This document shows positions 39,421 through 47,008 of a stretch of DNA of 64,000 nt, piece by piece (the stretch's first letter is position 1; every line of letters begins with the position of its first letter). A model generated the notes under the pieces. It saw nothing but the letters and a program-made list of their open reading frames with translations, had not been told where the DNA came from and did no database searches. The translations under genes were made by a program, and so were the position numbers. The stretch spans positions 1,211 to 65,210 of the forward strand of contig CAZEUL010000018.1 in the NCBI GenBank assembly GCA_964514725.1, given 5' to 3'. The DNA is from an uncultured Rikenellaceae bacterium (lineage in GTDB: Bacteria; Bacteroidota; Bacteroidia; Bacteroidales; VadinHA17).

Positions 39421-41877
39421 TCACTTTATCAAAGAATATTTAAAAGTTCTGGAAACAGAATTGTTTCTTACAACTATGAAATATATACCGGGCTTATGAC
39501 CTGAAATATCAATAAGTAATTTGGGATCTGAATATGATTCTTCTCTGAGAATGCATTGCCCTGTTACATTGAAGATACTAATATGGCAAGGAATATTTCC
39601 GTTTGTTTCATTAAAAGAGATATTAATCAATCCATGCCCAGGATTTGGATAGACCACTACATCTGATATCTTTTGGTCCACTACATTATCCACAAGGGGA
39701 TTTATCTTCAGATCATCGATTGCCCATCCCCAACCACGGGCATAGGGATCGGCATATAACCTGAATCGTATAAGCATCGAATCGCCATTGGATATTTTGT
39801 CACTGATTTTGGGATAGAAGGTATGTTTCACCATCATTGACTCATCTCCCACATAAGTTGAATTCTGCCCCTCGATTGAACTGTTATAAGCTTCTTCCCA
39901 AGTTGAAAGAAATCTGCTGTCGTAGCCATCAGCAAGACTGAACCAGTTTTTACCGAAATCTTTTGAACCTTCTATTATAACATAATCATAGAAATCAGAA
40001 AATCCGTAAATAGATCCTTCAGCTCCTGGTTCGACCAGAACTACTTCATCGTATGAAATCACCATACCTGATGCATCAAAAATGACAGGATGTCTAAGCA
40101 CCGAACTGAACTCAAGGCTCGCATAATCCTTATCAGGGCTTTCATAAGGATGTTGTGAGTGCAGGCCATTTGAACTGAAATTAACAGGTCTTGTAATTTC
40201 AAATCCTGAATTGAAAAAGTCAGAAGCAGCATTTGAAAAATCGGTAGAAAAGCTTCTGACCGTAGTGCCAAGAGCTTCTATCCTTATTGAGTAAAATCCG
40301 TCTGAGGGTAGTTTTCTGGTATTATGCCCTGCTGCTTTATCAACTGCAACAAATCTGTAATTTAAAATATCACCTCCTTTCAAGTGCTCTGGCTTTACAT
40401 CAAGATTAAGAAGGTAATTATTGTCCGGACGCTGTTTCAGACCCAGAAACCGGCTTTCCCCTTCGTTTATTTTATATTCTATGTAGACAGTATCTATTCC
40501 CAGATTATCAGTTACTTTGGCTGTCAAATTTATCGAATCTATCTTTTCGAAAAAATAATCGGTTTTTGAATGAGTGATTACAGGTTTGACTGTATCGGTA
40601 CCAATAAAAACTGAATAAGGCTTTTTTTGTGCAACAGATGGAGACCTGTATATTCGCTGGAAATCGTCAATTGCGTAGAAGTAATAATCCAGCTTCGTAT
40701 TGTAAGATAAAATGTTAATCTTTCGAGTAAACAGATTTTCTGAAGTTAAAGCCGACATTATAAGGGTATCGGATGTTTTAAATCCATCAAATGAATAAAC
40801 AAGTCCGACATTGTCTCTGTTAAACAAAGTATCTGATTTTATAATTGCACCTATTTCTATTTCTGAAATATGTTCTTCGGTATCCTTCAATTCCCTTGGG
40901 AGTATTCTTGTATTAATCCATCCGAGATCTCCAAGAATTGACATGGTCAGTTTGCCAGGATTATGTATTGCCTCACCTCTGTCTATATAGGGAGTCATGA
41001 GTGCATTTTCCTTTTCTGTCCTTGTTTCATCAAGGTGAGAAACACTCGAGCCCGAATCCCATATTGAAGGGCTGTAGAGCCTTGCCCTTCCACCTGCAAG
41101 ATATTTCTTTGTCAGAGGTCCGTCGAAATATAGTTGTCCGCCTACAAGTTCCCTGTATAGAGCTTCAGTATTCTGACTAAATAACAATGTATCTGTAAGT
41201 CTTTTTCCATCAAGATTTTCAACAAAAAGGTCGTAAATGACAGGAATATTGCCAAGTCCGTATGATCCTGTATTATTTTCAACATCCATACTGTCGAAAA
41301 AACCCAGCCCATGGCATAGTTCATGAATAATTACAGTTACAAGGTCATATTTGGTTGCGGGTGTTTTTCCGTCTGTAGGATAATACCAACTGATATTACT
41401 ATTTAATACAAGCTCCACGTCTGCCTCATAATCTTCATTAAGGCTTTTCCCTGATATTTTTTCAGCGACTGAGACAGGATAATAGGCCCTGGGCAAAAAA
41501 GCATCAATACCCCATCCTCCTGCAAAGGCTGTAATAGAGGAATTGCCAAGAACTCCGCTGGAAGAGATTTTAGTCCATGATGCTTTGATTGTCATTTTCA
41601 GGTCAGGAGGCAGAACAGACTCCAGAATAGCGACTGCGTATTCCATAGCTTTTTTCGCATCAGGAGTAAAACCTGAATAAGTCACATTAATAATTCCTCC
41701 ACCTTTGGAAACAGATCTGTTAAAGAATTCCTTGGGCGGAGGAATATAAATTGATGTAACTTTATTACCAGCATAGCAAACACCCGTAACAGATTTATTT
41801 CTTATCAGTTCCTGGGCATTTATGCTGCAAAGTATAAATGTGATTAGAAAAGCTGATAAAATGAAATTTCTTTTCAT
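39421..41877 (-). CDS. T9SS-secreted putative zinc metallopeptidase
   Basis: Signal peptide ending NA-Q, IIHELCHGLGF (HExxHxxG) motif, C-terminal T9SS domain (VYPNPGHG...GIYFI...TFK). Confidence 0.85.
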   Translation of the reverse strand: MKRNFILSAFLITFILCSINAQELIRNKSVTGVCYAGNKVTSIYIPPPKEFFNRSVSKGGGIINVTYSGFTPDAKKAMEYAVAILESVLPPDLKMTIKASWTKISSSGVLGNSSITAFAGGWGIDAFLPRAYYPVSVAEKISGKSLNEDYEADVELVLNSNISWYYPTDGKTPATKYDLVTVIIHELCHGLGFFDSMDVENNTGSYGLGNIPVIYDLFVENLDGKRLTDTLLFSQNTEALYRELVGGQLYFDGPLTKKYLAGGRARLYSPSIWDSGSSVSHLDETRTEKENALMTPYIDRGEAIHNPGKLTMSILGDLGWINTRILPRELKDTEEHISEIEIGAIIKSDTLFNRDNVGLVYSFDGFKTSDTLIMSALTSENLFTRKINILSYNTKLDYYFYAIDDFQRIYRSPSVAQKKPYSVFIGTDTVKPVITHSKTDYFFEKIDSINLTAKVTDNLGIDTVYIEYKINEGESRFLGLKQRPDNNYLLNLDVKPEHLKGGDILNYRFVAVDKAAGHNTRKLPSDGFYSIRIEALGTTVRSFSTDFSNAASDFFNSGFEITRPVNFSSNGLHSQHPYESPDKDYASLEFSSVLRHPVIFDASGMVISYDEVVLVEPGAEGSIYGFSDFYDYVIIEGSKDFGKNWFSLADGYDSRFLSTWEEAYNSSIEGQNSTYVGDESMMVKHTFYPKISDKISNGDSMLIRFRLYADPYARGWGWAIDDLKINPLVDNVVDQKISDVVVYPNPGHGLINISFNETNGNIPCHISIFNVTGQCILREESYSDPKLLIDISGHKPGIYFIVVRNNSVSRTFKYSLIK

Positions 41878-42386
41878 GTAGTAGCTGCTCCATCCGCTGC
41901 AGGTGCTCTTAAGCTCATTATATCCCTGTCAAACTGATACATGTTATTTTTACCTATCAATCTCAGTTTGTCAAGAATGGTCCGAACTGATGCCTCTTCT
42001 TCAACCTGCTCTGTTACGAACCATTGCAGGAAATTATGTGTGTTGAAATCCTTTTCTTCAAGTGTCATACCCACTATTTCATTTATACTGGCTGTGATAA
42101 ATTCCTCATGTTTAAGAACTTCCTTAAACATTTCTTCAACTCCCTTATAATCAGCTTCTGGTTGCTTAAAAGCAGGTATAATTGCCTTGCCTCCCCTCTC
42201 ATTAACATATTTAATGAATTTCAACAGATGAATTCTTTCTTCATCTGCCTGAGCATATAGCCAGGAAGCAATACCACTAAATCCGCTTGTTTCAGCCCAT
42301 GAGGCCATTGCCAGATAAAGATTTGATGAGAATCCTTCTCTTTCTATCTGACGGTTACAGATGTCTTCTATTTTCTTTTTCAACAT
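41874..42386 (-). CDS. ftnA: Non-heme ferritin
   Basis: Ferroxidase ligands in EREGFSSNLY, DEERIH, HEEF and QWFVTEQVEEE. Confidence 0.93.
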   Translation of the reverse strand: MLKKKIEDICNRQIEREGFSSNLYLAMASWAETSGFSGIASWLYAQADEERIHLLKFIKYVNERGGKAIIPAFKQPEADYKGVEEMFKEVLKHEEFITASINEIVGMTLEEKDFNTHNFLQWFVTEQVEEEASVRTILDKLRLIGKNNMYQFDRDIMSLRAPAADGAATT

Positions 42387-42420
42387 GACTTTTAATTTAA
42401 GTTATTAATAAACGAATTTA

Positions 42421-42798
42421 CTATTGTTCAACATTTAACAGCAGATTCTCTATACTTGAAATAAGATCTCCAAGAGAAAATGGCTTTGAAAAAACAGCAT
42501 TAGCACCAAGTGCTTTCGCAAGGTTTAGATAACTGCCAGGACCGGCTTTTCCTCCGCCTGAAATAGCTATAACTTTTATACCTGGTTTTTTTTCTCTCAT
42601 CTTCATTATTACCTTAAGTCCGTCTTCTTCAGGCATTATAAGATCAGTAATAACCATATCTGTCAATCGAGGTTTGAACTGGATCAGCGCATCTTTGCCA
42701 TTATCTGCTTCAAGAACAGTATAGTCTTTTTTAACAAGTGCTGTCTTAAGCATTGTCCTTAGTTCCTTGTCATCTTCTATTAAAAGTATAACCGGCAT
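42421..42798 (-). CDS. Stand-alone response regulator receiver (CheY-like)
   Basis: LLIEDD, ITDLIMP (phospho-Asp), AISG and FSKPF motifs. No output domain. Confidence 0.93.
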   Translation of the reverse strand: MPVILLIEDDKELRTMLKTALVKKDYTVLEADNGKDALIQFKPRLTDMVITDLIMPEEDGLKVIMKMREKKPGIKVIAISGGGKAGPGSYLNLAKALGANAVFSKPFSLGDLISSIENLLLNVEQ

Positions 42799-42850
42799 CA
42801 GTCATTCCGCAAAAAGCACATCATCAATTCTTTTAAGGAAATTCTAATAA

Positions 42851-42858
42851 CAAAATTA
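42851..42858 (-). promoter_or_regulatory. -7 box (TAATTTTG) upstream of the receiver gene
   Basis: CAAAATTA on the + strand. Confidence 0.5.
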
Positions 42859-42951
42859 TCAAGTGTTATGTTCAAACCGCTCAAAAGGTAATTAACTGGA
42901 CTATCAGGCTCCTAATTTATAAAATCTTATTATTTTATTCAGGAATTATCA

Positions 42952-43716
42952 TTATTTAGTGCAAAAAGGAAGGTAAATACTGCAGGCTGTTCCCAGGTTC
43001 TTTCTTGTTGAGATCTTGATAATTCCATCCAGATCATTAATTATCTCTTTGACTGTAAAAAGTCCGATACCTCTTACGTTACCAGAACTTCCATAGATCG
43101 GCTTGAATAAATTCCTTTTCACTTCTTTGTCAATACCTGGTCCGCTGTCTTTTATGATTACACATACATATTTCCCATTTTTAACATTGGTTTTTTTAAC
43201 TGGTTTAAGGTTTGTTACCTGTACCAGCGATGATCTTACTGAGAGAACACCACCCTTATCTTTCATTGCTTGAATTGCGTTAATCATAATATTGAGAATC
43301 GCTCTAAACAGCTGCAACGGATCGGCCAAAACACACAGACCATCATTTTTTAAATGAGACTTAATCCTGACATTATCAGGTGTTATAGATCTAACAATAT
43401 CAATAGCTTCATTTATTATTGAAGTTACACTAACTTTTTCTATTTCGACGGGATGACTGCTCCCAAGTCTAAGTATACGATCTGACAGAAGTGCTGCCTT
43501 TAAAGCCGATTTCCGGATTCTTGACACTTTTTCGTATAATGATGAATCCTTGGGAACTTCATTTTCAAGCAATTCAGCGTAACCTGATATTGTTGAAATA
43601 AGATTATTAAAATCGTGCACTATCCCTTCGGTTAATAACCCAACTGTTTCAAGCCCAAGCTTCCGATAATCATTTACTTTGTCAGAAGATATATTTTCTT
43701 TATTTATTTTCGTCAT
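42952..43716 (-). CDS. Histidine kinase core (HisKA + HATPase) without a sensor domain
   Basis: GIVHDFNNL H-box, NIMINAIQAM N-box, DSGPGI G1, RGIGL G2. Start at 43716 avoids overlap with dnaX. Confidence 0.85.
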   Translation of the reverse strand: MTKINKENISSDKVNDYRKLGLETVGLLTEGIVHDFNNLISTISGYAELLENEVPKDSSLYEKVSRIRKSALKAALLSDRILRLGSSHPVEIEKVSVTSIINEAIDIVRSITPDNVRIKSHLKNDGLCVLADPLQLFRAILNIMINAIQAMKDKGGVLSVRSSLVQVTNLKPVKKTNVKNGKYVCVIIKDSGPGIDKEVKRNLFKPIYGSSGNVRGIGLFTVKEIINDLDGIIKISTRKNLGTACSIYLPFCTK

Positions 43717-43780
43717 TACCAGTGCGTTACTATGAATGTTTAATTCATTTAATTTTACATCAGGCAAATAAAATTCTAAT

Positions 43781-45535
43781 TCAGGTGATATCGAGATTAA
43801 ATGCTTTCCTGAATTCCTTAAGTTGTGGATACTTTGATACAAGGTAGCTGTACTTTTGTTCGTCGGAATAAATTATTTCATTTGATTCAGAAACATCAAC
43901 GACAGTTTCAATATCAAAATCCTTAATGTCAAATTTAACTGAAAGAAAGTTCAAGAGTCTTTGCTTGTAATTTAGAATAAATATATCTTTTTGTGCAGCA
44001 TTGTTAAGATGCAATCTTATTATGTGATCATTTTCTATTTCGGTCCGGATAGATTTGAACATACTTGTAATTCTTGTTCCCTCCCCTTTCAGCTGGTTGG
44101 TAAATTCATTCCAGACCTTTTCGAATGAAGGCAGGTTGAAATCAGGAAATTCAGGAGGATTGGACAATTGATTGGTAACATTTTCTTCCCTGATCGACTT
44201 ATTTGCTACCGTTTGATTGTTTTCATCAGAGATAATATCCTTTATTGAGAAAGATTTTGATGGTTTCGCGGGTCCCTGAGAATTTTTTCCTGATTGTTTC
44301 AGTTCCGGTTTTTCAGTTTTCAGACCACTCGTTTTAGCAGCATCTCTGATGATCTCTGATTTAGAAGGAAGTGGAAAATCGTCAACTTTTACATTTGGAA
44401 TTTTAAGTTCAGGCTTTTTTTTTTCAGATTCTTCAGTCAAATCTTCAACGATACGGCACAGACGCAAAAGAAACAATTCTGTGTGGAGCCGTTGGTTTTT
44501 ACTTGTTTTATAAGATATGTCTGTATTACTTCCCGCTTCAAGTGCTTTAAATAAAAACTCCTCTGAGCATGCTTTAGATTGTTGAAGATATCTTTGCTTT
44601 ATTGACGGTGTAGCTTCAAGAAGCTTCAAAGTAACTTCATCTCTGCTGATAAGCAGATCGCGAAGATGGCTGTTAAGTCCTGTAATAAAATTATGTCCAT
44701 CAAAGCCCTTTTCAAGTATCTCGTTGAAAGTCATCAGAACTGAAGAAACATTTTTTTGGAGGGCGCCCTCAACAATTCTGAAGTAATATTCATAATCAAG
44801 GACATTAAGGTTTTCAATTACATCCTTATAGGTTATTTTCTTTCCGCTTAGGCTTACGATTTGGTCAAAGATTGAAAGTGCATCACGTAGTGCTCCATCA
44901 GCTTTTTGTGCAATAATATGAAGTGCTTCTTCTTCAGCTGTAATCCCCTCATTTTTTGCTACATAAACTAAACGGCCAACTATATCCTCCACTTTGATGC
45001 GATTAAAATCAAAAATCTGGCATCGCGATAAAATTGTAGGAATGATTTTATGCTTTTCTGTTGTAGCCAGTATGAAAATAGCGTGTGAAGGCGGTTCTTC
45101 AAGAGTTTTAAGGAAAGCATTGAAAGCAGAGGAGGAGAGCATATGAACCTCATCAATTATATAAATGCTGTATTTACCGATCTGAGGTGGGATTCTTACC
45201 TGTTCGGTCAGTGTTCTGATATCGTCAACTTTATTGTTGGATGCGGCATCGAGTTCATGGATGTTAAATGATCTTAGTGAATTAAATGACAGGCAGGATT
45301 CACATTTATCACAAGCTTCTGCATTATCACCAAGATTGATGCAATTGATTGTTTTTGCAAAAATCCGTGCACAGGTTGTTTTTCCAACTCCGCGTGGTCC
45401 GCAAAAAAGATATGCCTGTGAAAGATACTTTTTTTTGATTGCACTTTTAAGCGTGTTAGTTATTGAATCCTGTCCGACAACCATGTCAAAAGTTGAGGGC
45501 CTGTATTTTCTTGCCGATACGATGAAGTTTTCCAT
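43781..45535 (-). CDS. dnaX: DNA polymerase III subunit gamma/tau
   Basis: SARKYRP, GPRGVGKTT, zinc Cys cluster, ELDAASN, IIDEVHML, LKTLEEPP and SRCQ motifs. Confidence 0.98.
   Translation of the reverse strand: MENFIVSARKYRPSTFDMVVGQDSITNTLKSAIKKKYLSQAYLFCGPRGVGKTTCARIFAKTINCINLGDNAEACDKCESCLSFNSLRSFNIHELDAASNNKVDDIRTLTEQVRIPPQIGKYSIYIIDEVHMLSSSAFNAFLKTLEEPPSHAIFILATTEKHKIIPTILSRCQIFDFNRIKVEDIVGRLVYVAKNEGITAEEEALHIIAQKADGALRDALSIFDQIVSLSGKKITYKDVIENLNVLDYEYYFRIVEGALQKNVSSVLMTFNEILEKGFDGHNFITGLNSHLRDLLISRDEVTLKLLEATPSIKQRYLQQSKACSEEFLFKALEAGSNTDISYKTSKNQRLHTELFLLRLCRIVEDLTEESEKKKPELKIPNVKVDDFPLPSKSEIIRDAAKTSGLKTEKPELKQSGKNSQGPAKPSKSFSIKDIISDENNQTVANKSIREENVTNQLSNPPEFPDFNLPSFEKVWNEFTNQLKGEGTRITSMFKSIRTEIENDHIIRLHLNNAAQKDIFILNYKQRLLNFLSVKFDIKDFDIETVVDVSESNEIIYSDEQKYSYLVSKYPQLKEFRKAFNLDIT
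44414..44424 (-). other. A10-G slippery run (GAA AAA AAA AAG, codons 371-374 of dnaX)
   Basis: Ten T on the + strand at 44415-44424. Both shifted frames reach a stop quickly. Confidence 0.6.
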
Positions 45536-45573
45536 AAAGTGTTGACTTCCTTTTCCCTATTTGTTCTGATTTA

Positions 45574-45581
45574 CAAATATA
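45574..45581 (-). promoter_or_regulatory. -7 box (TATATTTG) for dnaX
   Basis: CAAATATA on the + strand. Confidence 0.55.
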
Positions 45582-45706
45582 GTTAAAAAGAGTTAGTCGG
45601 ATATTCCTTGGAAGAATTTAGGCTGTTATTGTTAACTCAGAGTAAATCTGTATGTTATCTGTTTTAATTTTTAGTCTGATTTATTTTTATTTAAAAAATA
45701 TTATAG

Positions 45707-45714
45707 TACCTTTG
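45707..45714 (+). promoter_or_regulatory. -7 box (TACCTTTG) for rpsF-rpsR-rplI
   Basis: Exact TAnnTTTG followed by CG, 40 nt before rpsF. Confidence 0.7.
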
Positions 45715-45754
45715 CGAGCCAATTTCATTAAAATTTTAATTATTAAACACGACT

Positions 45755-46108
45755 ATGTTGAATCAGTACGAAACCGTTTTCATTGCAACTCCCGTTTTGT
45801 CTGAAAATCAGATGAAGGAAGCGGTACAGAAATTCAAGAAGGTCATTACCGAGAATAATGGTGAGATCGTTCATGAAGAGAACTGGGGCCTGAAAAAACT
45901 GGCCTATCCTATTCAAAAAAAGTCTACAGGCTTTTATTACTTGATTGAATTCAAAGGAACTGGGGATCTTGTTGAAAAACTCGAAGTTCAATATCGAAGA
46001 GATGAAAGGATCATTAGGTTCCTTACATTCAGAATGGAAAAATTTGCTGTCGAGTATGCTGAGAAGAAAAGAAAACAAAAAGAATCAGAAAAAGTGAAGG
46101 AGGAATAA
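45755..46108 (+). CDS. rpsF: 30S ribosomal protein S6
   Basis: [19 protein letters not shown] and [10 protein letters not shown] motifs. Confidence 0.98.
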   Translation: MLNQYETVFIATPVLSENQMKEAVQKFKKVITENNGEIVHEENWGLKKLAYPIQKKSTGFYYLIEFKGTGDLVEKLEVQYRRDERIIRFLTFRMEKFAVEYAEKKRKQKESEKVKEE

Positions 46109-46111
46109 GAT

Positions 46112-46381
46112 ATGGCACAGAATGAATCAGAGATAAGATATTTGACACCGCCTACAGTTGAGGTAAAAAAGAAGAAATACTGTCGTTTTAAAAAGAACAG
46201 GATTCGCTATATAGACTACAAGGATCCTGAATTTTTAAAAAAGTTCCTTAATGATCAGGGCAAAATACTGCCACGCAGAATAACAGGCACGTCATTAAAA
46301 TTCCAGAGGAAAGTGGCTAAAGCTGTAAAAAGGGCCCGCCATTTAGCCTTACTTCCTTATGTTACAGATCTTTTAAAATAA
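46112..46381 (+). CDS. rpsR: 30S ribosomal protein S18 (non-zinc form)
   Basis: [15 protein letters not shown] and [11 protein letters not shown] motifs. Confidence 0.98.
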   Translation: MAQNESEIRYLTPPTVEVKKKKYCRFKKNRIRYIDYKDPEFLKKFLNDQGKILPRRITGTSLKFQRKVAKAVKRARHLALLPYVTDLLK

Positions 46382-46390
46382 GGAGGAGTT

Positions 46391-46837
46391 ATGGAAATTA
46401 TTTTATTACAGGATGTAAATAAGCTCGGACAAAAGGATGACATAGTCCATGTGAAAGATGGTTACGGAAGTAATTATCTGATCCCTAAAGGACTGGCTAT
46501 TGCAGCAACTCCTTCTGCAAAAAAAATGCATGCCGAGAATCTGAAGCAAAGGGCACACAAGGAAGAGAAAATAAAAGCAACCGCACAGGAGACAGCGGCT
46601 AAATTATCAGGTATTAAACTTGTTGTCGGTGCCAAAACAAGTTCTTCAGGTAAAATATTCGGATCTGTTAATACTATTCAGATAGCAGAAGCTTTAAAAG
46701 ACAAGGGATTTGATATTGACAGAAAAAGTATCACACTTCCAGAGGAGCAAATAAAAGAAGTCGGCACCTATAGTGCGGTAGTAAAATTGCACAGAGATGT
46801 AAAAGTGGAGGTTCAGTTCGAAATAGTTGCTGAATGA
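46391..46837 (+). CDS. rplI: 50S ribosomal protein L9
   Basis: LGQKDDIVHVKDGYGSNYLIPKG, GKIFGSV and LHRDV motifs. Confidence 0.98.
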   Translation: MEIILLQDVNKLGQKDDIVHVKDGYGSNYLIPKGLAIAATPSAKKMHAENLKQRAHKEEKIKATAQETAAKLSGIKLVVGAKTSSSGKIFGSVNTIQIAEALKDKGFDIDRKSITLPEEQIKEVGTYSAVVKLHRDVKVEVQFEIVAE

Positions 46838-47008
46838 ATCTTTACATTTACCCTTTCGACCAGTAGGAGGCCTGAGGAAATGTCTGGTTTTACCTATTTG
46901 GTGAGAGGATATCAAAGGAAATTTTAGTGTTGCAAATGAAAACAGGTCGCATTCCACTTAATCAGGGGTGAAAGAAGTTTGATAACTCTTTTGATAATAC
47001 CTGTTCTT

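Noticed and set aside
43717-43842. Extra 42 aa on the histidine kinase ORF
   Set aside because: Overlaps the dnaX 3' end and shows no sensor-like features.
46872-46950. CTGAGGA...GAAA...TC resembling a hammerhead ribozyme core
   Set aside because: Stem III cannot form next to the cleavage triplet, and stem II would be implausibly long.
46984-46997. TTATCAAAAGAG on the minus strand resembling the start of a SAM-I riboswitch
   Set aside because: The downstream SAM-I core (GAGGGA..GGCCC, GCAACC) is absent, and it lies at a gene 3' end.
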